A DNA stretch of 64,000 nt, from IMG/VR virus record IMGVR_UViG_3300049165_000116, positions 2,196 through 66,195 of that record; one strand, written 5' to 3'. A model generated the notes under the pieces. It was given only the letters and a program-made list of their open reading frames with translations, had not been told where the DNA came from and ran no database searches. The translations under genes and the position numbers were made by a program. Position 1 is the first letter of the stretch. The number at the start of each line of letters is the position of its first letter. The stretch comes from a virus. This document shows positions 38,304 through 48,629 of the stretch, in pieces.

Positions 38304-41300
38304 CCGTCCGCGCTCCCCTTGGCCGTCCAGTTCAGGACGTAGTCCGTCGCGGCCGTCGCCCCGGCGAAGGAGGCCGCCGCGAGCGATGAGTCGTCGGTGT
38401 CGGCCACGCTCCACGTCAGCGTCATGCCGGCCGGGACCGCCTGGGCGGCCCCTGTGGACATGGTGACGTTGAGGACGCCGGCCAGGACGGTGACGCTCAC
38501 GGACTGGAGGCCCGGAGCCTCCGTCTTGAGGTTCTGCGGTGCGGTGCCGGTGACGCGCCGGATACCGGTGGACACGGGGGCGTCGGCCGGGCCCGTCATG
38601 GAGGAGGAGCAGGAACGGACCGTGCCGACCGGCGTGTACGCCTCTCCGGTGAGGTCGGTGTCCGTGGTGACGATCTGGTCACCCGCGTAGGAGAAGTGCC
38701 GCAGGAAGCTACCCGCGTCGTCGCACAGGAGGACCGGTTCCGATCCGGTGCCGCACGGCGCGACGGACCAGAACTCCGGCAGCTCCTCACGCCGGGCGCC
38801 GGTGTCGTCGAGGTAGTACACGGTGCCGTCACAGCACACCATGCGCGTCCAAGAACGCTGCCCGTCAGGGAGCTGGTACGACGCGATGAGGTGCACCATC
38901 AGGGCCGCCCCGCCGCCGCCGGCGACGGTCTCCTGAATATGGAGGATCATCTCGTTCGCCCCAGGCTTGACGCCTGGCACGGCGGTCGGCCCGAAGGTGG
39001 TCGGCGGCTCCGTGTGGTCCGCGCCCACCGGCTGCCAGGCCCCGGTGTTCAGCCTCCACGCCACCAGGTTCTGGTCAGCGTTGAGGACGGTCGCCGCGAT
39101 CCGGATGGACGCCGGGTCAGCGGCGGGCGGAAGGTTGAACGTGGCTCGGGCGTACCAGGACTGCACACCGATCGTCGGGCCCTCCCCCGGGCGGGGCGGG
39201 TTGCTCTGGACCGGGCTGCCGTTGGGGTGCGCGGATACCCAGTGCGCGGTACCGGCCGGGGTGCCGCCGTCCTGAGTGGTCCACCCGGCCACGGGCGGCG
39301 TGCGGTACATGTCGTACCAGGGGCCGGTCAGGGCCGGGCTCCACCGCCAGGTCGGGTCCACGCTGTTGTCGGTGGCGTTGGCCGCATTGGAGATAAACTC
39401 CCGCGACTCCGTGCGCGTCGCGTCCACGCACACCTGGACGGGCTGGCAGCAGTCGTCATCGCACTGGACGGTGGCCGTCGCCGGCAGCGGCTGCCGGGTG
39501 GCCGTGTCCACGGTGCTGATGACGCCCTCGCAGTCCGCGACCTTCACCGCCTCCCACGGCACCGTGGACGCGACGACGCCGCACAGCCGCTCATTGTGCG
39601 GGGTCGGCGGGTCCGCGAACGCGCTCGTGGTGACGGTGAGGCGGACGGGCTCGGAGAACTCGATCCGGACCCGGTCTCCGCCGTCCAGGAGCATCTTCGT
39701 GGTGTTGGCGGCGAGGGAGAGGCCGTTACCGGCCAGGGCCCGGAGCGTGACGGTGACGCCGGCGATCGTCGCCGTGCCGACGTAGCCCACCGGCGACTCG
39801 GCCGGGTCCGCGGGGATCGCCGGGGCGAAGGCAGCGAAGTTCAGGTCCCCGCCGAGGTCCGGGCTGTTGAACCCGAGCCCGGAGACGGTGCCCGTGCCCG
39901 ACAGATACGTGCCCTCCCACGAGGTGACCCGGTCCCCGTAGGCGTAGGTGGGGTTCAAAGCGGTGCCGAGCCAGCAGCCGGGGAAGGCGGCGGCAGCGAG
40001 GTCGAATCCGGTCGCGGTGTCGGGCAGGCTGTAGACGCACTCACCCAGGACCGTCTTGTCGCACGGCGGGGTCGGCGTGCACTGGCTGACCATGCCGAGC
40101 GGGGTGAACGGGCTCACGCCGTCCAGATGGGTGTCCGTGGTGGAGGTGACCTCGCCGTCACAGTCCCGGCAGATCGTCCGGAGGAACTGGCTTGCCGGGG
40201 TGACCTCCAGCGCGCCGACCCACGAGGACTGGAACTGCCCGCACCGGGCGTACCGGGCGCCGAGGTAGAACGTGCTCAGGGACGACACCGGCCCGCTGGT
40301 ACGGAACGTCGCCGATGCGGCGCGTGTCGGGTTGGTGAGGTTCACGCACGGGTCGCCGGTCTGCGCGGCGGTCACGCACACCTGGCCCGTGACCGGGTCG
40401 TAGATGAACCCCTCGGGGAGTGAGACCACCTCCGAGCCGGCCGGGATCTGCATGCAGTTGTCGTCTGGCTGCGCCGGGTTCGCGACGTACGCCATGTAGA
40501 CCGAGAACTCGACCACCGACGGCCGGTTGAACGTGAACGTGTACGTCGGGACGGTGGTGAGCGGGAACGACTCGGGCTTGCCCCACCACGCGCCGTCAGC
40601 GTTGCTGAGCCTGCTGTTGACGGCACCACTACCGGCAGCGGCGCCGGCGCGTGCGGTCCAGGAGACACCATTCGGGAGCGTCCCGGCCGACACGCCCGCA
40701 CCTGTGATGGTGGCGGGGTCGGCGCCGCCGTCGCACAGGAGCAGCGTCTCGCAGTTGAGGCACGGCGATGAGCAGACGCCGACGGTGCCTGTCGGGACGT
40801 AGACCGTGCCGTCGAGGTGGTAGTCGCTACGGCCGACGATCGCGCCGTTCTCGTCGCGCCGGAAGTCCCGCAGGAACTCTGTCACCGTGCCATCGGCCGC
40901 CGTGTCGCACAGGATCACGGCGTCCTGCTCGGGCTGCTCGACCCCGGCCGGGCAGGTCGTGACGGTGCCAGTCGGGGTGTAGGTGCCGCCGGTGACCGCA
41001 TCCACCAGGCGCACGGAGGAGATCGCGCCGGTGTCGTCGTAGGTGTACTCCACGAGGACCAGGCCGACGACCTCGCCGTCCGCGTCCACGTCACAGAACG
41101 TGCCGGAGACCTGGATCGACCTGCTGTCACCGCAGGCGACCGTGCCGGCCGGGACCGCGCCGGCCGTCCACGCGCCCGTGGTGAGGTTGATCCACCCCTC
41201 GCTGGTGACCACGCCTTCGCAGTCCCGTACGACGGTGACCGCGATCGGCGTGCCGTCCGCGAGGCATAGGCCCACGCTGGTGACCGGCGTCGTGCGTGAG

Positions 41301-41548
41301 GCGCAGTCGTCACCGTCGCACGGTTGGAGGGTGCCCTGCACCGTGTACGGCGCGCCCGTGGCCGGGTCCACGGTGCGGGTGCCGACCCTGGCGCCGCTGG
41401 TGGTGTCGTACACGGGCTCCACGAGCACGGTGGCGGCGACGGTGCCGTCTGCCTGGACGTCGCAGAGGAGGACGGTCTCCACGTCCACGCGGGGCGTGGC
41501 CGCGGCCCCGGAGACGATTACGGGCCCCTGCCCGCAGCATCCACTCAC
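38300..41548 (-). CDS. Giant Cys/Thr-rich modular virion-associated protein A
   Basis: 1082 aa; recurrent LCD/FLR/LDG.Y..G.V..C units; lies between capsid and tail genes. Confidence 0.8.
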   Translation of the reverse strand: MSGCCGQGPVIVSGAAATPRVDVETVLLCDVQADGTVAATVLVEPVYDTTSGARVGTRTVDPATGAPYTVQGTLQPCDGDDCASRTTPVTSVGLCLADGTPIAVTVVRDCEGVVTSEGWINLTTGAWTAGAVPAGTVACGDSRSIQVSGTFCDVDADGEVVGLVLVEYTYDDTGAISSVRLVDAVTGGTYTPTGTVTTCPAGVEQPEQDAVILCDTAADGTVTEFLRDFRRDENGAIVGRSDYHLDGTVYVPTGTVGVCSSPCLNCETLLLCDGGADPATITGAGVSAGTLPNGVSWTARAGAAAGSGAVNSRLSNADGAWWGKPESFPLTTVPTYTFTFNRPSVVEFSVYMAYVANPAQPDDNCMQIPAGSEVVSLPEGFIYDPVTGQVCVTAAQTGDPCVNLTNPTRAASATFRTSGPVSSLSTFYLGARYARCGQFQSSWVGALEVTPASQFLRTICRDCDGEVTSTTDTHLDGVSPFTPLGMVSQCTPTPPCDKTVLGECVYSLPDTATGFDLAAAAFPGCWLGTALNPTYAYGDRVTSWEGTYLSGTGTVSGLGFNSPDLGGDLNFAAFAPAIPADPAESPVGYVGTATIAGVTVTLRALAGNGLSLAANTTKMLLDGGDRVRIEFSEPVRLTVTTSAFADPPTPHNERLCGVVASTVPWEAVKVADCEGVISTVDTATRQPLPATATVQCDDDCCQPVQVCVDATRTESREFISNAANATDNSVDPTWRWSPALTGPWYDMYRTPPVAGWTTQDGGTPAGTAHWVSAHPNGSPVQSNPPRPGEGPTIGVQSWYARATFNLPPAADPASIRIAATVLNADQNLVAWRLNTGAWQPVGADHTEPPTTFGPTAVPGVKPGANEMILHIQETVAGGGGAALMVHLIASYQLPDGQRSWTRMVCCDGTVYYLDDTGARREELPEFWSVAPCGTGSEPVLLCDDAGSFLRHFSYAGDQIVTTDTDLTGEAYTPVGTVRSCSSSMTGPADAPVSTGIRRVTGTAPQNLKTEAPGLQSVSVTVLAGVLNVTMSTGAAQAVPAGMTLTWSVADTDDSSLAAASFAGATAATDYVLNWTAKGSADG

Positions 41549-44500
41549 AGCGTTACTCCTTGGGTCCAGGTGATCGTGACGGTGCCGGTGTCCGCCGTGA
41601 TGGTGAGCGGGCCGGTGAGGAGTGCGTCGGCGTCACGGGCGACGCTCCAGGTGGCGGCCTCGCCCGTGTGCAGGGTGCTGGCGCCGTCCGCGGTGGTGAT
41701 CGTGCCGGTGCCGCCGTGGGCGATCGCGGTCACGGACTGGAGGGTGGGGTAGGCCGCGGCGGTCCAGGAGGCGCCGGCCGGGGCGAGTTCGAGCCGGCGG
41801 GCCTGGACGGCCGTCGCGCGCTCGGCGCCCTCGTCGGTCTCCGCGCAGTCGATCGGGGCGACCGGCGTATACGGGGCGGTGAGGTCCGGCGTGTAGGTGC
41901 CGAGGGACGTGAGGACGCCCTCGCAATCGACCCCCAGGAGCTCCAGGTAGTCCGTATCCGCGATGCCGTCGCCGTCCGCGTCGTCGCACCGGCACGCCTC
42001 GATCACGCTTTGCACGTCGCACGGTGTGACGGCTCCGGCGGCCCCACCATCCGCGGTGCACACCCCGGCCTCACCCTGCACGACGTACGGGGTGGTGCCG
42101 TCCAGGCTGAGGTCCTGGGTCGAGGTGAGGACGCCGTCACAGTCGTAGGTGAAGCGCCGGAGGAACGGTGTGCGGGTGAGTGTCAGGACCGCCGTCCGCA
42201 GCTCGATCGGCATGAGGAAGAGGTCCCGGTCGTTGACCGGGCCGCCGGTCGTCTGGTCGGTGAACCGGATGGTGACCGCGCCCGTGGCGGGGGCGATGAA
42301 CGCCAGGGGCGGCATGTCCTCAGTGAGCACGCCGCCGGGGAACACGTTCGACCCGTTGGAGACGTTGCGGGTCCTGCTGGCGAGGACCGTGGCGCCGTCC
42401 AGGATCTCCAGCCGGTAGATGGCGGCGTTGCCGACCGGGTTGGAGCCTCCCGCACCGATCCACGCGGACGCGAACCGGAACTCGTAGAGCGTGGCGGGGA
42501 GTAGACCACCGACCGTGAGTTCCGCTACGCCGTTGGCCTCCTGGTTCGCCTGGGCGAACCACAGGGTGGTGCCGTTGTTGGCAGCCACCACGTTCCCGGT
42601 CAGGGTGAAGTCGCGGGCCGGGGTCGGGATGGGGGCCTGCGGGTCGTACGTCAGGTCACAGAGCTGGACGATCTCGGTGTCCCCGCACGGCTGTTCCGGG
42701 CAGCAGGAGCCGCCGCCGGCCTGGCACTGGCCGACCTCACCGACGACCGTGTACGGCTGGCCGTCCAGCGTGGTGTCCTCCACGCTCATGACCGTGCCCG
42801 TCTCACAGTCCACGGTGACGGTGCGGAGGATCTGTGTCTCACACCCGGCCTGGTCGTACGTGACGGCGGTGGTGAACGCGGAGAGCGTCCAGCCGGTACG
42901 GCGCGGGCTCGGGACACACGAAGCCGTGTCGTCGTAGGCATCGAGGGCGAGCGCGAAGGCGACGTTGCCGGCGGCCAGGTCGGCGGCCGAGACGTCGGCC
43001 TCCACGGTGAGCGTGCCGAAGTAGCCGACCGGGGTGCCGGCCGGGAGGACGGTGAGCGCGGCCTGGGTGGTGCCGGTGAAGAGGCGGAGATGCCCGGTCG
43101 GCCCACAGCCGTTGTCCGGGCCGTTCTGCTGGACGTTGAGCGTGACGGTGACGTGCGCGGTGCCGGTGTCGCAGGCGGGGCGCGGGGCCTGGAGGGTGGC
43201 GGCGAGGGTGTTGACCCTTCCGGTGGTGCCGGGCTGCGGGCCCGTCCCGGGCGGGAGGGTGAGCGTGCCGCCGTCCCACAGGGCCTGTCCGCCGGCGGCC
43301 GGGGCGCCGGTGGGGAACGGGTAGTACGGCGTCGGGTCGGTGTTGGTCGCCGTGGCCGTGGGGGTGCCGCCGGTGGGCAGGTCGCACAGCAGGAGGCTGC
43401 TGGTGTTGCGGCACGGCTGCTCTGGGCAGCAGGCTCCGCTGCCTGCGGTGCACTGGCCGACCTCGCCGGCCGGGGTGTACGGGGCGCCGTCGAGGGTGGT
43501 GTCCGTGACGGCTGTGACCTCGCCCGTCTCGCAGTCCACGGTGACGTTCCGGAGGAACTGGGTGGCGCATCCGGTCTGGTCGTAGACGACGCTGGTGGCG
43601 GCCTGGTCCACGATCCAGCCGCCGACGTGGGCGGCGGTCTGCCAGGTCTCCAGCATGGCGGCGAGGTGGACGTTCCCGGCGGCGAGGTCGGCGGCCGGGA
43701 CCTGCCCGGACACGGTGAGGGTGCCGGTGTAGCCGACCGGCGCGTTGTTGGGGGTGGTCACGATGGCGACGCGGGTACTGCCCGCCCACAGAGCCCACAG
43801 GCCGTTACCGCCGAGCGCTGAGGAAGGGCCGGTGCGCTGGACGCGGATGCTGGCCGTGACGGTGGCGGTGCCGGTATCGCAGCCGGGCCGCGGTGCCTGG
43901 ACGTTCGCCGCGATCGAGCGCAAATGCTGGTTGATGTGGCCGGGGCCGGCCCCGCTGTCCGCAGGGATGGTGATGGCGCCGCCCGCCCACAGGTTCGCGG
44001 CGCCGCCCGGGAGCGGCTCCGCTCCGAGGCCGGTCCCCTGGTACGGGGTGGGGTCGGTGTCGCTGACCGTGGGCGTGGGCTCACCGCCGCTCGGCAGGTC
44101 GCACACCAGGACCGTGCTGGAGCTACGGCACGGCTCCGGTGCCGGGGCGCACATGCCCACGGTGCCGGTGACGGTGTGAGGCTGACCGTCCAGGGTGTAG
44201 TCCGTGTGCCCGGTGATCTGCCCGGTAGCAGGGTCGCGCCGATAGTCCCGCACGAAGCTGGTGACCGTGCCGTCCGCCGCGGTGTCGCAGAGAACCGTAA
44301 GGTCCTGCTCCGGCTGCTCCTCACCGGCGGTTCCAGGGCAGCGCCGTAGCTGCCCCTGGAGGGTGTACGTGGCCCCCGTGGCGGGGTCTACCAGGCGCAC
44401 GGTGGCCAGGGAGCCGTCCGGGTTGTAGGCGTACTCGACCAGGACCAGGCCGTGGACGTCTCCGGTGGCCGGGTCGGTGTCGCAGAGGAGCCCGGCGAGC

Positions 44501-45303
44501 TCGTACGCGCGGGAGTCCCCGCACGCCGAGGCGCCGGCCGGGGGCGGCCCGCTGGTGAACGTGCCGGTGGTGAGGTTGAGCCACCCGTCTTGTGTGATGG
44601 CGCCGGTGTCGCAGTCCCGCGTGATGATGACGGCGAGTGGCGTCCCGTCAGGGAGGCAGAGGCCGAGGGTGGCCGCCGGCGTGGTCTGCGCCTCGCACGG
44701 CGCGCCGGTGCCGCTGCACGTGCCGACCGTGCCGGTGACGACGTGCGGGGTGATCCCGTCCAGCGCGAAGTCCAGGTAGGTGGCGGTGCCGTTGAGCCAC
44801 GTGTAGCGGCGCAGGAAGGGGCCGCTGTCGTCACAGAGGTGGACCGTCTCGGCCTCCGGGCAGCCGTACGTGCAGTCCATCGGGGCGGTGGGCGCGTACG
44901 GGACGGAGGGGTCGTCCTGGTAGGTCAGGAGGAGCGTGGCGGTGCCGTCCGCGGCGATGCACCAGAGCTCCGTGTACGTGGTGTCCGGCTGGCCGTCGCC
45001 GGTGGTGTCGTCGCACCGCTGGCGGCACAGCGTCTCCACGCACGCGGTAGGCGTGTCGCACGGACCGGCGTCCGCCGGCGGCGCCCCGGGGGTGAAGACG
45101 CCCGTGGTGGGGTCGATCCATCCGACCTGGACCGGATCGGCCGGCGCGGTGCCGCACGTCCCGCACGCGGAGCGGACGATGACGAGCACTGGCGTACCGT
45201 CCGCCCGGCACAGCGGTGTGGAGGTGATGGACGGCGCGCACGCGCACGCGCCGGGCTCGCCGGTGCCTCCGTCCGGGCCGCAGGGAAGTGGCTCAACGGG
45301 CAT
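41545..45303 (-). CDS. Giant Cys/Thr-rich modular virion-associated protein B
   Basis: 1252 aa; same repeat unit with inserted beta domains. Confidence 0.8.
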   Translation of the reverse strand: MPVEPLPCGPDGGTGEPGACACAPSITSTPLCRADGTPVLVIVRSACGTCGTAPADPVQVGWIDPTTGVFTPGAPPADAGPCDTPTACVETLCRQRCDDTTGDGQPDTTYTELWCIAADGTATLLLTYQDDPSVPYAPTAPMDCTYGCPEAETVHLCDDSGPFLRRYTWLNGTATYLDFALDGITPHVVTGTVGTCSGTGAPCEAQTTPAATLGLCLPDGTPLAVIITRDCDTGAITQDGWLNLTTGTFTSGPPPAGASACGDSRAYELAGLLCDTDPATGDVHGLVLVEYAYNPDGSLATVRLVDPATGATYTLQGQLRRCPGTAGEEQPEQDLTVLCDTAADGTVTSFVRDYRRDPATGQITGHTDYTLDGQPHTVTGTVGMCAPAPEPCRSSSTVLVCDLPSGGEPTPTVSDTDPTPYQGTGLGAEPLPGGAANLWAGGAITIPADSGAGPGHINQHLRSIAANVQAPRPGCDTGTATVTASIRVQRTGPSSALGGNGLWALWAGSTRVAIVTTPNNAPVGYTGTLTVSGQVPAADLAAGNVHLAAMLETWQTAAHVGGWIVDQAATSVVYDQTGCATQFLRNVTVDCETGEVTAVTDTTLDGAPYTPAGEVGQCTAGSGACCPEQPCRNTSSLLLCDLPTGGTPTATATNTDPTPYYPFPTGAPAAGGQALWDGGTLTLPPGTGPQPGTTGRVNTLAATLQAPRPACDTGTAHVTVTLNVQQNGPDNGCGPTGHLRLFTGTTQAALTVLPAGTPVGYFGTLTVEADVSAADLAAGNVAFALALDAYDDTASCVPSPRRTGWTLSAFTTAVTYDQAGCETQILRTVTVDCETGTVMSVEDTTLDGQPYTVVGEVGQCQAGGGSCCPEQPCGDTEIVQLCDLTYDPQAPIPTPARDFTLTGNVVAANNGTTLWFAQANQEANGVAELTVGGLLPATLYEFRFASAWIGAGGSNPVGNAAIYRLEILDGATVLASRTRNVSNGSNVFPGGVLTEDMPPLAFIAPATGAVTIRFTDQTTGGPVNDRDLFLMPIELRTAVLTLTRTPFLRRFTYDCDGVLTSTQDLSLDGTTPYVVQGEAGVCTADGGAAGAVTPCDVQSVIEACRCDDADGDGIADTDYLELLGVDCEGVLTSLGTYTPDLTAPYTPVAPIDCAETDEGAERATAVQARRLELAPAGASWTAAAYPTLQSVTAIAHGGTGTITTADGASTLHTGEAATWSVARDADALLTGPLTITADTGTVTITWTQGVTL

Positions 45304-45306
45304 CGG

Positions 45307-45990
45307 TCAGTCCTTCCCGTGGACCTGGCGGCGGTGGGAGTCCCGGCCGCGGTCGCTCTTGAAGGTGCGCGGGCAGTCCCCGCACGGGTACCGGCCAACC
45401 GGTGAACCGTCTTCCGAAGTTGAGTCACTTCGGTCACTGTTCCCGGCGTTGTCCCCGCTGTTGTCCCTCGTGTCCCCGGCGGTGTCCTCGCTGGTCACGG
45501 CCGGGGTGGTCCCCTCCGTGTCCTCCCCTCGTGCGAGACCGTCCCCGGCCGTGTCCCCGAGGGGGACAACCGTCTCCGGGCCCATGTCCCCGACGAGGAC
45601 GAACTCCTCTTCCCCGGCGGGCGCTTCCTCCAGGGGCGCGTACTCCACGGGGAGGGGGACGGAGTCCGGGCCGTACGCGGTGGCGGGGACCTCCGGGAGC
45701 GGCTGGCCCGGCGCCGCTTCCCGGAGGCCGTCCTCGGTGGCGACGCCCAGGAGCTCCGGGGCGCCGACCGGGGCCGCCTCCGTCTCCTCGTGGTCGAGCG
45801 GGGAGACGTAGGGGTGGCCGTTGACCAGGGAGCCGCGGAGTAGTTCCTCCGGCATGTCGGTGAAGACGTGCGCGGGGACGGCGAAGGCCTCCGGGGAGAT
45901 GGTGCGGAGCTTCGGCTCCTGGGCGACCGCCCACCGGGCGAACGGCACGCGGAGGTGGCGGGCCGGCTGGATACGGATGAGCTCGCTCAC
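45307..45990 (-). CDS. Acidic protein with C-terminal C2H2 zinc finger
   Basis: FARWAV...IS..AFAVP; YPCGDCPRTFKS..G...H...VH. Confidence 0.7.
   Translation of the reverse strand: MSELIRIQPARHLRVPFARWAVAQEPKLRTISPEAFAVPAHVFTDMPEELLRGSLVNGHPYVSPLDHEETEAAPVGAPELLGVATEDGLREAAPGQPLPEVPATAYGPDSVPLPVEYAPLEEAPAGEEEFVLVGDMGPETVVPLGDTAGDGLARGEDTEGTTPAVTSEDTAGDTRDNSGDNAGNSDRSDSTSEDGSPVGRYPCGDCPRTFKSDRGRDSHRRQVHGKD
45438..45592. repeat. Second cluster of TGTCCCC-like motifs
   Basis: About 10 GTCCCC/GTCCTC/GGGGAC copies in 150 bp. Confidence 0.55.
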
Positions 45991-46829
45991 GGACAGACCT
46001 CCACCTGAATCGCGCACACCGTGCACGTCGTGCCGACCACGTACGTCCGCTCCAGCAGCACGCGCCGATCGTTGGTGCGGATGTTCACGGACGCGGACCG
46101 GTCCGGGATGACGTCGAGCGGGCCGCGCCGGATGTGGACGGGCCCGGTGATGTAGAGCCAGGTTGTCCCCGGCTCGGCGGGGAGGCCGCCGGGGCCGTAG
46201 TTCAGGGCGCTGTACCCCGCCCCGATCACGGCGCAGTTCCCGGCCAGGGTGCCGAGGCTCCCGGTCTCCTGATCCTTGCTGAGGATGTTGCAGCAGCCGA
46301 GGAGCGCGGCGGCGCCGGCGGGGACGTGGAGGGTGCCCACGCCTCCGTAGGACTCCGCGAGGCACCCCTCCAGCGCGGCGACGCCCTGCGCGATGGACAC
46401 CGGGCCCGCCGCGGGGGTCAGGTCCACCGCGGCCATGGAGAGGTGGGCCTCCATGAACGCCGCCTCCAGGCCCTGCTGTTCCCCGAGGTCCATCGTGGCC
46501 CGGGCGTGCTCCACGGCCTCCTCGTAGGACCAGCCCATGGTGGAGCACTCCACGCCGGTGTAGAGGGTGATCGGGTCGGCGGCCTCGATCTGCGGCCGGT
46601 CGAACTCCTTCCGGGCGGGCTCGCCCGGGGACTCCCCGGGCGACTCCTCCACGGCGCACGGGTCGATCCAGCGGCGGACCGGGGCGCAGCCGAGGGCCAG
46701 CCACTCCACGCCCATGAGCTCGTGGACGTCATTGACGTCCACGACGGTGGTGCACGCGTTGAGGATGCCGTGCGGGAGCGGCGTACCGGGGATGGGCTGA
46801 ACGGCTCTACGCCAACCTGCCGGCATCAC
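45987..46829 (-). CDS. Second capsid protein (pentamer-like)
   Basis: Follows capsid; P...Y....CS..G, YGG.G.LH, GAGY, W.Y.TG, N....L.ER.Y as in cluster-B-like actinophages (from memory). Confidence 0.6.
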   Translation of the reverse strand: MMPAGWRRAVQPIPGTPLPHGILNACTTVVDVNDVHELMGVEWLALGCAPVRRWIDPCAVEESPGESPGEPARKEFDRPQIEAADPITLYTGVECSTMGWSYEEAVEHARATMDLGEQQGLEAAFMEAHLSMAAVDLTPAAGPVSIAQGVAALEGCLAESYGGVGTLHVPAGAAALLGCCNILSKDQETGSLGTLAGNCAVIGAGYSALNYGPGGLPAEPGTTWLYITGPVHIRRGPLDVIPDRSASVNIRTNDRRVLLERTYVVGTTCTVCAIQVEVCP

Positions 46830-46907
46830 GCACCTCCTGTCTCTGCTCAGGGAGTGCCGGGCCCGCGTTTCAGGTCCGCGGGCCCGGCACGTTCCGGGGA
46901 GGTGCCG

Positions 46908-48629
46908 TCAGGCGATCGGGCAGGCCAGCGCGGTCTGTCCGCCGGTGGCGCCGGTCGGGCAGATCGGCACCGTGACCAGGCGCGTGTCCACGGAGCGGTC
47001 CACCAGCGCGACGCACTCCTCGGCGAACAACGCGGTGTAATCGTTGGTGGAGAACTTGGTGCTGTCGTGGATGACGCCCAGGTTGACTTCCTCGCCGCGG
47101 CCGATCTGCAGCGAGCCCGCCGGGTACATGAGGAAGCTGAGCGCGGCCGGCCAGTCGGTGGCCGCGGTCGCGCCGCCGATCTCGGAGGGGACACCGGTTG
47201 TCGGGGTCGGGGCCAGGCCGCGCGCCCACTGCACGCGCACGCCGAGCGTGGAGAACGCGTTCTGGATGCAGTTCGGGTCGATCTCGCAGATGTCCTTACC
47301 GTTCTGACGGGCGACGTCCGCCAGGAATGCGTTCTTCGACCACCACGGGAACACGACCTCCAGCGCCGTGCCGTCACAGAGGGCGTGGCGCTCGATCATG
47401 TCCGCGGCCTGGAGCGCCACCGCGGCGTAGATGGCGGAGAGGGCGGCCATGGACGCCGGGAGCGTGACGGCCTGGGCGGTCGCCACGGCCTGGGCGAAGA
47501 GGACCTGACGGAGCCTGATCTCGTGCGCCACCATGGAGTTGCGGAGGTACCAGGCGACCAGCTCCGGGAAATGGCGCTGGGTCAGGATGCCGGCCTCCAG
47601 GCAGACGCCGACGGCATCACACCGGACCTCCACGGGGTCCGGGCACGGCACCCGGTAACAGGGCTTCGTGGCGCCGGAGATGTCGTCCGCCTCGGTGTGG
47701 ACCCAGGTCATGGCGGAGACGTCCAGGCTCGGCGTCTTGTAGTACCTCAACCCTCCCCTCGCGAGCTGGATCTCCGGGGCGTCCCAGAGCATGTCCGGGC
47801 ACGCCACGTCCGTGAGCTCGTACACGGTCTCCGAGGGCGCGCACCAGCCGCCGGAGGCGACCAGGTCACCCTGGGGCAGGCGCCGCTGGTTCGAGGCCGT
47901 GAGCGCCACGGTGGTCCCCTCCGGGGCGGAGGAGGAGTCCGTGACGATGAGCTCCTGCGGGTACGGGTGCCGGTAGGAAATGACCTGGCCCACGCCCCCA
48001 CCTGCGGTTTTGAGGGCGTTGGCGCGGCTGATGATGCCGGCGGTGATGTCGTTGAAGTCCAGGGGCGCGCCCGGGGTGTAGCCCGGGACGTCCACGGCCG
48101 CGGTGATCCGGGTACCCGGCGCCGGGGGCTCGGGCAGGACGCGCGGCTGGACCCGGCGCACGGCGCCGAGGTTGAGGGCGGGGCGGGCGAGCGCGGAGGC
48201 GGTGGCCTGGCCGGCGGGCGCGGCCGGGACGACGGGGGCCGGCTCCGCGGGCGCGGCCGGCGCGGCCGGGGCGGCCGGGGTGGTCTCGGCGGCGGCGGTG
48301 GCCTCCTGTCCCTCGCCGCCCTCCGGGGCGGTCTCGGCGGAGGCGTCCTCCCCGCGGACCTGCGCGGCCAGGGCCTCGATCTCGTTGACGGCGGCCTCGG
48401 CGGCCTCCCGGCGGGTGCGCTGCTCGGACCGGATCGCTTCGGAACCGGCGGCCAGGGCGCGCATGTTGGCCAGGGAGCCGTCCGTGATCTCGTCCTGGGC
48501 GGAGAGCGCGGCGAAGGTCTGGGCGGTGACGTTGAGGGCTTCCGCCAGGTCCTCGTCCGTCAGGGAGGAGAGGAAGGCGGTGTCAGAGAGCTGGGTGAGG
48601 TCCTGCGGGAGCTCGAAGGCGTCGGCCAT
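46908..48629 (-). CDS. Major capsid protein with scaffold-like N-terminus
   Basis: Helical acidic N-terminus, Ala/Pro linker, LVASGGWCAPSET.Y, RGG..Y, HDS....NDY...F.EE. Confidence 0.85.
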   Translation of the reverse strand: MADAFELPQDLTQLSDTAFLSSLTDEDLAEALNVTAQTFAALSAQDEITDGSLANMRALAAGSEAIRSEQRTRREAAEAAVNEIEALAAQVRGEDASAETAPEGGEGQEATAAAETTPAAPAAPAAPAEPAPVVPAAPAGQATASALARPALNLGAVRRVQPRVLPEPPAPGTRITAAVDVPGYTPGAPLDFNDITAGIISRANALKTAGGGVGQVISYRHPYPQELIVTDSSSAPEGTTVALTASNQRRLPQGDLVASGGWCAPSETVYELTDVACPDMLWDAPEIQLARGGLRYYKTPSLDVSAMTWVHTEADDISGATKPCYRVPCPDPVEVRCDAVGVCLEAGILTQRHFPELVAWYLRNSMVAHEIRLRQVLFAQAVATAQAVTLPASMAALSAIYAAVALQAADMIERHALCDGTALEVVFPWWSKNAFLADVARQNGKDICEIDPNCIQNAFSTLGVRVQWARGLAPTPTTGVPSEIGGATAATDWPAALSFLMYPAGSLQIGRGEEVNLGVIHDSTKFSTNDYTALFAEECVALVDRSVDTRLVTVPICPTGATGGQTALACPIA

